Assembly: GCA_951406725.2 (NCBI GenBank)
Contig: OX597817.1
Location: 89,838,001 to 89,902,000, forward strand
Length of the DNA stretch: 64,000 nucleotides
Direction: 5' to 3'
DNA from: Octopus vulgaris
Taxonomy: Eukaryota
A program made the position numbers and the translations under genes. The notes beneath the pieces were generated by a model. It worked only from the letters and a program-made list of their open reading frames with translations, made no database searches and was not told where the DNA came from. Of the stretch, positions 1 to 13,163 are shown one piece after another. How positions within the stretch are numbered: the first letter of the stretch is position 1; each line of letters opens with the position of its first letter.

Positions 1-110
1 CACTGGAGCTTGGCATAGCCCTGCAGCTTGCTGTATCCTGTCAAGCCAACTGATTCATACCAGCATGGAAAACAGACATTAAATGATGATGATGATGACG
101 ATGACAACAA
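1..110 (+). mobile_element. 3' tail fragment of the RTE-family LINE, ending in (GAT)n
   Basis: cagcatggaaaacagacattaaatgatgatg matches the tail of the RTE copy at 10283-10981. Confidence 0.7.
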
Positions 111-245
111 CGACAACGACAACGATGATGACGACGACGGTGACAATGACTATAACAGTGATGATGATAATGATGATGATCTTGTTGATGTTGATTTTAT
201 CATTGTTGTTGATGTGGTACTTGTTGTTATTGTTGCTGCTGTTGC

Positions 246-350
246 TTAGTCCCTGGTCAGCTTTAATTCAACAAAATTTTAATCAAAGATAGTCCAACTG
301 TGATCATGCTAGTTTTCTTCTGGCAAAATGTATCTAAGGTCACATTATCT
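246..350. repeat. Old unclassified interspersed repeat, usually next to (GTT)n; related copies near 16425-16640, 36100-36190 and 36780-36945
   Basis: Shared degenerate motif ggtcag...atcaaag..attcca.ctgtgacca...ggac.acattat in four places. Confidence 0.45.
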
Positions 351-377
351 AATTTCATTTTTTTTTCTTTCATTTAA

Positions 378-597
378 CCCTTTAAAATTCAGATTATTCT
401 GTCAAATTTAATGCTTATTTATTCAAACTGTTTGGAATTAATTATATATTATCTTGTAGCTCTTAGATTTCAATGATGTGATTGCATATTTTTAGAATGA
501 CATTCTAGAGTAGGTGTGAGAGGCTGTGTCTGGCCAGTTTGAACATAAAACAAATAGAATATTTTGGCCAGACATAGCCAGTTTAAATGCTAAAGGA
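378..597. mobile_element. piggyBac-like MITE
   Basis: TTAA at 374-377 and 598-601 flanks the imperfect inverted termini ccctttaaaatt / aatgctaaagga; no ORF. Confidence 0.7.
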
Positions 598-1341
598 TTA
601 ACCAACAAAACATCTTTGGTGCAAGAAAAGAAGGGAAATACATTCAAACTGGAGATCTGTCCTAAATGCATGTAAAGAGCTCCATTGACAGTACCCAAAG
701 AACTTCATGATGTTATTAAACGGGGTGGGTGGGTGGGGGAATAAATCCATAAATATGATTCTTCTAATCACATCTTGTTGAGATGTAACTGAAAGCTAAT
801 TTTGTTGATATTTCTAGCAAACTAAATAGTCACACGGATGTCTTCTCTCATTAAACTGTGGGTATTGAGCTTTGTCCATAGGTATTTGTTGTTTCCAGAC
901 ATTAGAGGACATGTACATCACTAGGAGTAGAATGCTTGTGCTAGGCAGAATGAAGTGAGTGGAAGATAGACAAGACGGTAGGAAATTCCCTAGTTCGTTG
1001 ACTCTACCCCCATTCTAAACACCACACACACACACACACTAATACCATTTCTTTCTCAGTTGTACCCAAGTTATAAATTTCTGTAATTATCAGCTGATGG
1101 AAATCTCACAGTAATTTCAGCTAGACACGAGGAAATGACAGAGAATATGTTATGGTCATATAAACCAATATTAGAAGTGTTAATAAAACAGACATCTATC
1201 CACAAACTCACACACCTTGTTGATTGCCTGTGTTAATTAGTAGAACAGACACACTTTGTGATTTCTTTCTTCCTTTCCTTTTTCATTTTATTTATGGCAC
1301 ATTTTGAGATTTATAGTAAATATCAGCTTTTCTTTCATTAT

Positions 1342-1395
<54 letters not shown>

Positions 1396-1534
1396 CGGAA
1401 TGGTCATTTTGCCAGTTTAGCCAATGAAAACACACGCACTATATATTTGGTGTTATTTTGCTTCAGTGTTATTTATTTTTTACATTAATCTTATTTCGGC
1501 CACATAAAAAATCTTGCACAACAAATATTTAAAC

Positions 1535-1836
<302 letters not shown>

Positions 1837-1875
1837 TACATATATGTATGTGTGTGTGTACATATATATACATAT

Positions 1876-2236
1876 GTATTCTTTTATTTGTTTCTGTCAT
1901 TTGACTGTGGCCATGCTGGAGCATCGCCTTTAGTCGAACAAATCAACCCCAGGACTTATTCTTTGTTAGCCTAGTACTTATTCTATCGGCCTCCTTTACC
2001 GAACCGCTAAGTTATGGGGACATAAACACACCAGCATCGGTTGTCAAGCGATGTTGGGGAGACAAACACACACATATATATATATGTATATATATGACAA
2101 GTTTCTTTCAGTTTCCTTCTATCAAATCCACTCACAAGGCTTTGGTCGACCCGAGGCTATAGTAGAAGATGCAGTGGGACTGAACCCAGAACCATGTAGT
2201 TGGTAAGAAAGCTACTTACCACACAGCCACTCCTAT
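1876..2236 (-). mobile_element. tRNA-derived CORE-like SINE (family A)
   Basis: Reverse complement of the family A copy at 12455-12865, with tRNA-like head and internal microsatellite. Confidence 0.85.
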
Positions 2237-2240
2237 ACAC

Positions 2241-2520
2241 ATCATCATCATCATCACTATCATCATCATTATCATCATCATCATCACCCTATAACATCCA
2301 TTTTCCATGCTGGCATGTGTTGGTTTGACCAGAGCTGGTGAGCTAGAGAACTGCATCGAGTTCCAGTTTAATATGATTTGGTTTCTATGGCTGGATGCCC
2401 TTCTTAATGCCAACCACTTTACAGTATGTGCTGGGTGCTTTTAACATGGCACTGGCATGAACACTTTTGCATGGCAGCAGTACAAGTGCTTTTTATGTGG
2501 TACCAGCCCAGGAATCTTGC
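2241..2520 (-). mobile_element. RTE-type 3' tail fragment
   Basis: (ATC)n, then ttttccatgctggcatg and tttctatggctggatgcccttc. Confidence 0.75.
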
Positions 2521-2531
2521 AGGCCAATCTC

Positions 2532-2840
2532 TTAGTTAGTTAGTTAATTTTTTGGCTCAAAAAGCAAAAAGCAAGGCCATGTAGGGGGACATGGAGTTAT
2601 GTACAGGGTGGTGTTCATGTAAAGAGTTCAGGCCACTTGAGGTCATGGGAGACTTTGAACCGAGCGGTCGTCGGCATCTTCACCATCTCGTCTGGCAGCT
2701 TATTCCATGGATCCGCAACCCGGACGGAGAAAGCCCCTCTCCTTCGATTGAGATGAAATCGTCGCAGATAGAGCTTTTCGGAATGACCCCGCAGCTGACG
2801 CATTAGGAAGTGTGTCCTTAACACTTCTGTTGTGGCGGAT
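2532..2840 (-). mobile_element. 5'-truncated CR1-clade LINE 3' end with (CTAA)n tail
   Basis: ORF 2615-2863 encodes LRGHSEKL...RRGAFSVRVADPWNKLP, the RGH..KL / FS.RV...WN.LP C-terminal motif of CR1-type ORF2; ttagttagttagtt tail. Confidence 0.8.
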
Positions 2841-2993
2841 AGGTCATATATATATAAATGCATGTGTGTGTGTGTCTTCCTGAGCCACTCCTATATTTCC
2901 CAAAATTCTGGTATTTTCCATCAACTACTCTCCCCTGCTCTTGTTCATCAGTCTCTACATTAGCCTCCACATTTACTCCCTCCTCACACTCTT

Positions 2994-3395
2994 ACGTTTT
3001 TTTACTTGTTTCTGTCATTTTGACTGCGGCCATGCTGGAGCACCACCTTCTAATCGAACGAATCAACCCCAGGTTTTATTCTTTGAAAGCCTAGTACTTA
3101 TTCTATTGGTTTCTTTTGCCAAACTGCAAAGTTACAGGGACGTAAACACACCAACATCGGCTGTCAAGCAATGGTGAGGGAACAAACACAAACACACAAA
3201 CACACACACATACATATATATATTTACATATATACGACAGGCTTCTTTCAGTTTCCGTCTACTAAATCTACTCACAAGGCTTTGGTCGGCCTGAGGCTAT
3301 AGTAGAAGATATTTACCCAAGGTGCCATGCAGTGGGACTGAACCCAGAATCATGTGGTTGGGAAGCAAGCTTCTTGCCACACAGCCATGCCTGTA
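2994..3395 (-). mobile_element. SINE family A, full length
   Basis: Reverse complement of the family A copy at 12455-12865. Confidence 0.88.
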
Positions 3396-3897
3396 CCTAC
3401 AAGCTATGCCTGCACCTAGTAGTATGAATTTCTTGGATTTGTTCTTGTCTATGAAGAATTACAATGAACTTTTACTCTGAAGATTGTTTTGGTTTTCTGT
3501 GAGTGGATTTGGTACATTAGCTTGACCTGTACATCGCCCATAGCCAATGCTTGTTTCCACAAATCCTGTATTCTTCCACTCAGTATCAAATTTTAAGCAC
3601 TTGGTCTGGTCTTATTGTGTGGGCAGTTATACTATGTACCATTTAAAAAATTTTCTTACCTATTACTTATATATATATATATGTGTGTGTGTGTGCGAAA
3701 ATAAATCTCTGTCACTACTCAGGGTTTTGCATATGAAACAGATCATGTGATTTGTATGATACACAAAAATATGAGTAGCAGCAAAGGGTAATCTTGCCAC
3801 TAAAATTGATATTTACATTCTGCGTCAGTATTCAATATTCTTTCTTTTGTGTGAGTGTGTATGCAAGTGTGTGAGTGTATGTGTGTGTACCTATGTA

Positions 3898-3964
<67 letters not shown>

Positions 3965-4462
3965 ATGCATGCATGTGTATGTGTGTCTATGTATTACATT
4001 AGTGGGGATGAATGCAAGAAGGAATACCTTATTACAAATGGTTGAGTGTGTATAATTTTATTATTGTTGAAATTACAGTCAATATACCATCGAAAATTGA
4101 AAGAGCAATTCTACTGCATTCTTCAATTATATGAAGGACTGACTGTCAGCCACAATACAATATGGCTGAAAGAACACCAGATCTCATGCCAGACAGGATT
4201 TTAAAATCTCAATCTTTACTTGCAGCCAAGCTTAGCTGAGTATTAATAATGTAGGCAAGGTAATAACTGCTCTACCAGCAACAAACCAAAGGTTTGTGAT
4301 GGGGTGCTGACTAAATTCAAATAATAAAAAAATCATACACTTTTGTAAATGTGTGTGTTTGTTTTTGTATGCTTTTATGTGTTTGTGTTAGTGTGTGTGT
4401 GTGTGTGTGTGTATGACTTTATATGCATATAGTTTACATTTCTGTGTATTAGCATATATGAT

Positions 4463-5220
4463 CATCATCAGTAACAGCATTTAATGTCCTTCTTCCACAC
4501 TAGCATGACTGAACAGCTCAGCAGCATCAAATGAGATAGAGCCCAATATCTGCTTTGCATGATTTCTATGGCTGGATGCTCTTTCTAATGTCAATTGCTT
4601 TACAGAGTGTACTCGATGCAGTTTGTGAGGCGCAGGCACTAGTAACTAGCAAGACAAGCCCCCACACTGATTGAGCAGAGATGTTGTATTTGAAGGAGGT
4701 AGTCTCATGCTAAGTGTTGAGGTGCTAAACTATAATGAAGGGACAGGAACAAGTGTCTTGCTTGTTGGGGAGACACATAATTATGCAGTTGGAAAGAAAG
4801 AAAAAATGGTGGTGTTGAATTGTCAGAGCATACACTTAATGAACAAGAATGTGAATGTAAGAGAGAATAAGAAGAGATCAGGCAGGTGAATGAGTTTGCA
4901 AAAGGAGAGTCACAGATGGTTAGATATGGAGATGAATGCAGTGGATCCTGAACACAGGTGGAAGAGTGGTCAATGGTGAATATCGGTTTGGGTGAAGGTG
5001 AAGAAAATAGGAATGGGTAAGTGAGCAAGAATGATAGGTTGCAGTACAAAATGACTTAAGGTAGAGCAGTAGTGTAACTGGATGAGAAATAGGGAGATGA
5101 TGTGACATGAGAGAAAGGAATGCACAGTGACAGAGAAAGGGGTGTTCAGTACAAAATAAAGTGGTAAAGGATGATACTGAGAATGCTGGATGGGCGATGA
5201 AAGGAAATGGTTTCAAAGAG
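4463..5220 (-). mobile_element. RTE-type tail joined to a decayed purine-skewed retroelement body (unclassified)
   Basis: tttctatggctggatgc tail motif followed by a strongly AG-skewed segment; same arrangement at 11283-12150 and 59060-59700. Confidence 0.4.
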
Positions 5221-5226
5221 AAAGAA

Positions 5227-5460
5227 GGCGGCAAGCTGTCAGAAACGTTAGCACGCCAGGCGAAATGCTTCGCGGTATTTCATCTGAAGTTACGTTCTGA
5301 GTTCAAATTCCGCCGAGGTCGACTTTACCTTTTATCTTTTCAGGGTCAATTAAATAAGTACCAGTTACGCACTGGAGTCAATATAATCGACTTAATCCGT
5401 TTGTCTGTCCTTGTTTGTCCTCTCTGTGTTTAGTTCCTTGTGGGTAGCAAAGAAATAGGT
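5227..5460 (+). mobile_element. tRNA-derived SINE (family B); partial copies near 6155-6330 (+), 14505-14625 (+), 16645-16790 (-), 16925-17035 (-), 34273-34390 (-) and 35787-36000 (+)
   Basis: B-box gagttcaaattcc followed by the conserved gaggtcgacttt.ccttt.atc...ggggtc.at.aaataagtaccagtt block repeated across the window. Confidence 0.8.
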
Positions 5461-6852
5461 TTCAAAGAGAAAGATAACTGGTAGCTCATAAAAGGATACA
5501 ACTGTACACCTCCTTGACTTATGACCTATGCAACTTATTACCATCTGTGTTTATGACCACGAAAAATAAAAAATGAATAATCAATTTTCAGATATTGGGC
5601 AGCTGCGCATATGATAACTATAGCAGTATCTGGCAATACAGGCCTCTCTCAGACCTAGGCATCCACTGCCTGCCACTGTCTCCCACTCAGTCCCTTTCAA
5701 GCATCAGTTGCGTTTGAATGAAAATAGTGTTGAAAAATATAAATCTAACATATGACCAGATTGACTAATGACCTGTCAGTCAGAATGCAAGTTGATTGTA
5801 AGTCAAGGAGAAGGTGTATATATTTAAAATTCTTATACATGGATTGCTTTGGTCCAATGTTAGAATGCTTGCTGTGTTTACAAGAGATGTGTGTTCAAGT
5901 CCCACCAACAGCCTTTGACTGTTTGACAGTGACCTCAGTAGTGCAGTGGGCAGCATATCAGTCTCATAATCAAAAATGCTCTTGACAGTGGCTTTGAAGT
6001 TTCAGCCAGCTAAGCCATCATCAGACTTCAAAGTCACTTTCAACAACATCCTTGTATAAGAATAATAAATTTATACTTGACAAAAATATAGAGTAAGCCT
6101 TTAGATTTTTTTTATAACTGAACATAAGACAACAAACTGCCAAAATCATAAGTGTGCTGGATGAAATGCTTAGCAGTATTTCACCCGTCACAACGTTCTG
6201 AGTTCAAATTCCACTGAGGTCAACTTTGCCTTTCAACCTTTTAGGGGTCAATGAATTAAGTACCAATGAAATGTAATTGACTAGTTCCCTCCTCTAGAAT
6301 TCAAGGCCGTGTGCCTATGGCAGAAAGGATATAAAAGACTGAACATAAAAACAAACAAAGATGAATATATTGAAATATTTTTCCTTGTATAATTACAGCA
6401 GTTGAGTGAACAGTACCATAGGTAGAACAGTGATGGAGGGAGGAAGGGATTTTAGGAAGATAAGTTGTGGGGATGGCTTGACTAGGACAGATTGGGTACC
6501 AGAGAATAGACATAAATAATGTTTTAAGGACTTCCAGTTTTTATTGAGATGGGCTATTCTTCTCAATCTCAACAAATAACCAATTATTTTGATCTACTTC
6601 ATCTCCTTTATGATCTTCAAATCCTCAGGTCTTTACTACTTTGTCCCACGTCTTTCTTTGTCTCCTTCTTCAACTGGTTTTATCCATACTCTGCAATCAA
6701 CACTTCTCTATGTAGATGCTCCCATCCATACACAATAAACACATGCATACACACACACACATGCATATATGGATGCATATGTATGTGTTTGTATGTGTAT
6801 ATTTGTTAGTGCATGTAGACTGTGCATGTATAACTACATATATATATATATA

Positions 6853-7162
6853 TCACGTGATCACGTGACCGACCAGGCTATCAGATGTTGCTACACATTG
6901 CTGGTCACAATGCGCTTCGCATTGTTTTAGCCTTCAAATGACGCCACCCTGCTGGCTAAGTGAGCAGGCCAACAGAAGAAAGAGTGAAAGAAAGTTGTGG
7001 CGAAAGAGTACAGCAGGGACCGCCACCACCCCCTGCCAGAGCCTCGTGGAGCTTTAGGTGTTTTCGCTCAATAAACACTCACAACGCCCAGTCTGAGAGT
7101 CGAAACCGCGATCCTACGACCCCGAGTCCGCTGCCCTAACCACTGGGCCATTGCGCCTCCAC
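6853..7162 (-). mobile_element. tRNA-derived SINE (family C), young-looking copy; partial copy at 24985-25130 (+)
   Basis: Minus strand reads ggaggcgcaatggcccagtggttagggcagcggac...ggtttcgactctc (A and B boxes); CpGs retained; inserted in (TA)n. Confidence 0.85.
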
Positions 7163-7574
7163 ATATATATATATATATATTTATTCATACATACACACAC
7201 ACACAAGCAAATGAAAACAGCTGTTATTTTCTTATCTTCAGAAATAAATAGTATTTATGTTTTTTAACAGCATGTCATTTCCAGAGAATTCTTGATTCAT
7301 TAAATTATCTCTCCCTATTCGTGTAGAGTTAGTTGCAATTACTGCTAGGTGTTTGTTAATCTTCTCTGGCAGTGAAGATAATCTAAACAAATACTTAATA
7401 TAAATTTGTTAGTCTTTGTTGTCCAGATCCATACAACTGACCACTCTGACTTATTTTGTTTAGCTGGCTTTTGTTTTACACACACACACACACACACACA
7501 GAAAAACACATATGCATTCAACATGTGTGTGATGTGCATGTGCGTGTGTGTGTGCATGCATTGTGTTGTGTGTC

Positions 7575-7648
<74 letters not shown>

Positions 7649-7662
7649 TGTGTGTGTTTATA

Positions 7663-8042
7663 TCTTTTATCTTTTATTTGTTTCAGTTATTGGACTGCAG
7701 CCATGCTGGGGCATCACCTTGAAGAACCCTTTAATTGAACAAATTAGCCCCTGAACTTATGTTTTGTAAAGCCTGGTACTTATTCGGACATACACACAGC
7801 AACAGCAGTTGTTAAATGGCAGTAGTGGTGGTGGTGGTGGTGGTTGAAGGACAAACACAGACACATAGATATATATATATACATATATGCAATGGGCTTC
7901 TTTCTGTTTATGTCTACCAAATCTACTCACAAAGCTTTGGTATGCCTGAGGCCATAGTAGAAGACACTTGCTCAATGTGCCATGCAATTGGACTGAACCA
8001 AGAACCATATGGTTGGAAAACAAGCTTCTTAACACACAGCCA
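7663..8042 (-). mobile_element. SINE family A, decayed
   Basis: Degenerate match to family A. Confidence 0.75.
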
Positions 8043-8897
8043 CAATTTTTTTAATTCTGCTATGCTAAGAAACTCTGTTAATGCAGGTGACAATTAGACA
8101 ACAAACAGAGGTTGGTCAGCGACAGTAGGTGAATTAACATGAAAGTGAGTTATAGGGTGTGGTGTCTGTTATAGTGGCTAGGGTGGCAAACTACTGCAAG
8201 AAAAGGGATGATTGGGTGTGTGAAAATTTAAATGAGAGTGAACTGTAACCAGAGCTGTTATATGATATAGAGTGACCGCCTAAGAGACAAGAGAACAAAG
8301 CATAGCAGAAGTCAGGAAGGAATTATATTTCAAAACGACCCATCTGATAACAAAAAAATAGGCAGATCGTTAGATGTCATACAGTATTTAGTTAACTAAG
8401 TGACCTGCTGCTGGTCCTCAAATTACAGGCTAAATGTTACAAAAGTTATATGACTGGTTACAGAGAATTTTTATCAAAATCTTACCTCATTAAGTAACTA
8501 AACACTAAAATTTATTTCCACATAATTTATTCCATATGCGTATAAACTATGATTCATATACGAACATTCACAAAAGAAGATGATTTGGTACCTTGTAACC
8601 TTGAAGTTTGCTGTGATAGTTAATTCTGTGTGTTTGTTGACCTAATGGTTGGGGCGTTAGGCTTATAGTCATAAGGTCATGAATTCTATTCCTAGAATAT
8701 GTTGTGTGATGTTTCTTCAATCATTGTGCTCCACTACACTCAGCTGAAATGGAGTATAAGCCCAATACTGACACAGTCCCTTCTCCATATAGCCATCACA
8801 TCCTGGATGTTTGGTTATGTCAAAAATAGAAGGGCTAAGAGGGTGTCTATGCTTGCTTGCAAGTGACTGGTATGGTTTATATATATACATATATATA

Positions 8898-10218
8898 TTA
8901 GGTTGTCAGGTATGAATTTTGTAGTAAGATATATGGTAAACTTTGACAGTTGCTCATTTTGCACTATTATTACATTTTGACAATCTTTGCTTTTTGTTAG
9001 AAAGCTGACACACCTATTTCTTTATTCTAACTCATTATGATTTTTATAAAGTGTTTATAAATCGGTTTTTGCTATTTTTGTTTAGAGATGGATAAGTTGG
9101 AAATTCATACAGTTTTGAAATATGAGTTCTTTCTCGGACATGCAGCTTCACAGACAGCTCAGAATATTAATGGAGTATTTCATTCTAATGTTGTTACGCA
9201 GCAGACAGTATCAAATTGCCTTGCAAAATTTTGTGCTGGTAACTTTGATCTCACAAATGAGCAACGCTGTCGACCAGAAACAAAGGTGGATATGACGAAA
9301 TGAAAATCACTGTCAAGTCAGATCCATCTCAAAGTGCCCGTGAATTATCAGTGTTGTTTGGTGTTAGCAAGCTAACAATACTGACTCACCTAGTTCAAAT
9401 CGGTAAAGTGAAAAGGTTGGATAAGTGGGTTCCACATGAACTCACTTAAAATCAGAAACAGCAATGTTTGGAAGCCTGCATTATGTTACTTTCTCGTCAC
9501 AAAAATGAATCATTTTTGAATCCAATTGTAACATGTGATGAGAGATGGATCCAAATACAACAACCTTAAACATTCAGCACAATGGTTGGACAAAGACAAA
9601 GCCACCAAAACATAGTCCAAAGACAAAGACAAGCCACCAAAACATAGTCCAAAAAGCAAAATTCATCAAAAGAAGTTGATGGTGTGTATTTGGTGGCCTG
9701 GAACAGGTGTGATCCATTATGATTTCATTAAACCTGGCTCATCAATCATGGCCAAAGTATACTGCAGCCAACTGGACCAAATGATGCAGAAACTTACAAA
9801 AAAGCAGCCTAGATTAGTCAACAGATCCACTCCTATTTTATTGCATGACAACACCAGACCACACATTGCAAAAATGACATTGGTGAAACTACAGGAGTTG
9901 GAGTTGGAGTTGGAAGTTCTCCATCATCCATCATACTTACCTGATCTTGCCCCCAATGACTACCACTTCTTCCAGTATTTGGATAACTTTTTGATAGGAA
10001 AAATATTTAATTTCAATGATGCTGTAAAACAGGTCTTCCAAGATTTTATTGACTCTAGATTGCCAGGCTTTTACAGTTCTGGGCTGGACAAGCTACTGCT
10101 GAAATGACAGAAGTGTATTAACAATATGGGTGCACAGTTTCATGAATAAAACTATTCTTTCTATTTATAAAACATCAGCAAACTTGTTTTCTTTTCTACA
10201 ACTTTCATTCTTGATGAC

Positions 10219-10222
<4 letters not shown>
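8898..10222 (+). mobile_element. Full-length but defective mariner (DD34D) transposon
   Basis: TIRs ttaggttgtcaggtatgaattttgtag / tacaactttcattcttgatgacctaa in TA context; transposase remnants WVPHEL, TCDE.WI, LLHDNTRPH, YLPDLAPNDYHFF; frameshifts plus a ~33-bp internal duplication near 9588-9655. Confidence 0.93.
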
Positions 10223-10282
<60 letters not shown>

Positions 10283-10286
<4 letters not shown>

Positions 10287-10977
10287 GTGTAAGTACTTTG
10301 AGAGAGAAGTTGAACCTAAGAAGCATCAGTTGTGGTGTGCAAGAGAGACGTTTGCGCTGGTATGGTCATGTGGTGAGAATGGATGAAGATAGTTGTGTGA
10401 AAAAGTGCCACACCCTAGCGGTTGAGGGAACCTGTGGAAGAGGTAGACCCAGGAAAACCTGGGACGAGGTGGTGAAGCACGACCTTCGAACTTTAGGTCT
10501 CACCGAGGAAATGACTAGAGACCGAGACCTTTGGAAGTATGCTGTGCGTGAGAAGACCCAGCAGGACAAGTGAGGCCATAATCCCGTGGCCTCTACCTGG
10601 GATGTAGCCAGCTCACTTATGCATTCCTTTCCTTCTTGGGACACAAAACTCCACTTGTGAAGACCTGTTGAGGCAAGTGAAAATCAAAATCGTATTTGAT
10701 CAACATTAATGGAAATCGTAGCTGTAATACCAGTGTCGGTGGCACGTAAGAGAACCATCCAAATGTGGCCGTAGCCAGCACCACTCTGTGGCACGTAAAA
10801 AGCACCCACTACACTCACGGAGTGGTTGGCATTAGGAAGGGCATCCAGCTGTAGAAACACTGCCAGATCAGACTGGGCCCGGTGCAGCCTTCTGGCTTCC
10901 CAGACCCCAGTTGAACTGTCCAACCCATGCTAGCATGGAAAGCGGATGTTAAATGATGATGATGATAATGATGATGA

Positions 10978-10981
<4 letters not shown>
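10283..10981 (+). mobile_element. 5'-truncated RTE-clade LINE with ORF2 C-terminus, 3' UTR and (GAT)n tail
   Basis: ORF 10298-10573 encodes RRLRWYGHVVRM...GRGRPRKTWDEVVKHDL...RDLW, a typical RTE C-terminus. Confidence 0.92.
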
Positions 10982-11033
<52 letters not shown>

Positions 11034-11135
11034 ATATATATATATTGTTTAAATTGACATAAAACAAAACATGAAGACAGGTAAGGGAACAACAGACAAG
11101 TGCATTTTTTTGATACCCAGAAAGGATGGAAAAGC

Positions 11136-11171
11136 CTTTGATGTTTCAAACTTATGCTCTTTGATAGAAAG
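11136..11171 (-). ncRNA. Decayed minimal type I hammerhead-like motif in a Penelope-like tail repeat (~11040-11250)
   Basis: Minus strand reads CTTT-CTATCAA-AGAGC-ATAA-GTTT-GAAAC-ATC-AAAG; stem I intact, core mutated; resembles 60722-60756. Confidence 0.45.
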
Positions 11172-11282
11172 GGATGAGAAGAAAACATAAAATGGAGAGA
11201 GAACGAAAAAAACAGAGAGAAAAAATTCCTGCAGATTAATGGTTTATATGTATGTATGTGTTTATATATATATATATATATA

Positions 11283-12150
11283 TCATCCTCACCATCATCA
11301 TCCTCATCATTTAATGCCCATGTTCCATGCTGGCATAGGTTGGACAGTTTGACAAGGATCCAATGAGTCAAGGACTGCATCGTAGGCCAGCATCTGCTTT
11401 GGTATGGTTTCTATGGTTGGATGCCCTTCCTAATACCAACTACGTTACTATGTATGCTGGGTGCTTTTATCATGCTACTGAGATCATCATGTAGATCACA
11501 AATCAACAAACCAAAGAAGGAAGGATTTTACAACCATTTTGTTAGCTAAGAGGAAAGAGGTTAGAGTAGAGTAGGTCCTTGTTGTGGAGGAGCTACACAT
11601 GACTACTTTTATTTAGGAGACACATTGAGAATTAACAAGAGATGTCTCCAAGGAGATAGAAAATGGCGACAAGGTATCCAGGTGGAAACACAACTAGCAG
11701 GAGCAGAAGAGGGTGGACGGAATGGGGATTTGCAAGTGCGTATAGGAGGTAAGAAATAGTCAAAGTGGGAGAGGGCAGAAGGCAACATCTGTACAGGTTG
11801 ACAGGAGTTGTACAAGCTTGGAAGGCTACAGGGATACCTCCCTCTCTCCCTACCTACCATTGACAGTAGAGAGAAAAGAGAGAGAGAGAGAGAGAAGCTT
11901 GTGCAGGCTGCAGGGTTAGAGTGAAGAGATAAAACAGGTGTAATACATGAGGAGAGATAATTTGGTGGTCCAGGGGTGGGGAAAGCCATTGTAGCATGTA
12001 GGTGTGGAGAACAATGTTAATGGATAAAGAATGGCTAATCAGTGAGATGATTCTGAGTAGCAGGAAAGAAAAGTGGTATCAGGATAGTGGTTGTGGTGGG
12101 AACTGCAGTGGATGATATAGTGTAGAGGGAGGGCAAAATAAAGGGAGGGA
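11283..12150 (-). mobile_element. RTE-type tail joined to a purine-skewed decayed body
   Basis: Tail motif at ~11290-11470, then an AG-skewed segment. Confidence 0.45.
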
Positions 12151-12273
12151 TATATATGTGTGTGTGTTTGTGTGTATGTGTGTGTGTATGTGTGTGTATG
12201 TGTGTGTGTGTATGTATATTTATATATATATACACATGTATGTATGTATATATACACATACATACAAATATAT

Positions 12274-12319
<46 letters not shown>

Positions 12320-12365
12320 TCACAAGTACGTATATATAAACAAATATGTATACATATATATATAT

Positions 12366-13040
12366 AAATTAGAGAAAAACCACTATTATGTAATTCAAAC
12401 AATGATAGACATAAACCAAATCATAAATAGAAAATAAAATATATTATAAAACATTGGCTGCGTGGTAAGTAGCTTGCTAACCAACCACATGGTTCCGGGT
12501 TCAGTCCCACTGCGTGGCATCTTGGGCAAGTGTCTTCTGCTATAGCCCCAGGCCGACCAATGCCTTGTGAGTGGATTTGGTAGGCAGAAACTGAAAGAAG
12601 CCTGTCGTATATATGTATAAATATATATGTGTGCGTGTGTGTGTGTTTGTGTGTCTGTGTTTGTCCCCCTAGCATTGCTTTACAACCAATGCTGGTGTGT
12701 TTACGTCCCCGTCACTTAGTGGTTCGGCAAAAGAGACCGATAGAATAAGTACTGGGCTTACAAAGAATAAGTCCCGGGGTCGATTTGCTCGACTAAAGGC
12801 GGTGCTCCAGCATGGCCGCAGTCAATTGACTGAAACAAGTAAAAGAGTAAAAAGAGTAAAAGAGTATAACTAGATCACAAAAATTACAAAAAAAAAACAA
12901 TAAAAGATATATAATAAGTAAAAAGACTTGTACTTTTTGTGATCTAGTCATATGTTTTAAAATATATTTTATATTTTCTTTATGATTCGGTTTATGTCTA
13001 TCATTGTTTGAATTGCGTAATAGTGGTTTTTCTCTAATTT
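12366..13040. repeat. Long inverted repeat (~110-bp arms) whose left arm is split by a SINE
   Basis: 12366-12454 plus 12866-12888 is the imperfect reverse complement of 12930-13040. Confidence 0.85.
12455..12865 (+). mobile_element. SINE family A, well-preserved copy (tRNA head, CORE-like block, internal TA/TG tract, AAAGAGT tail)
   Basis: ggctgcgtggtaag...gggttcagtccc (pol III boxes), then tggcatcttgggcaagtgtcttc, resembling the MIR CORE motif ccttgggcaagt. Confidence 0.92.
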
Positions 13041-13163
13041 ATATATATTTTATATATTTATATTGTGAAATTTGATTTAATACTAAATTGAATTTTTCCC
13101 TGTAAGTTTGGAGTTATATTCCCTAATATTATTATTATTATCATTATATATATATATATATAT

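Noticed and set aside
722-739. G-quadruplex motif ggggtgggtgggtggggg
   Set aside because: It fits the pattern but is an isolated short GGGT repeat with no functional context
1080-1135. Hammerhead at cagCTGATGGaaat
   Set aside because: No GAAA/UH second half or compatible stems
2532-2546. Telomere-like repeat
   Set aside because: The unit is TTAG rather than TTAGGG and is the 3' tail of a CR1-type LINE
7085-7162. Functional tRNA gene
   Set aside because: The tRNA-like head runs straight into a SINE body that recurs at 24985-25130, and there is no proper acceptor stem or terminator
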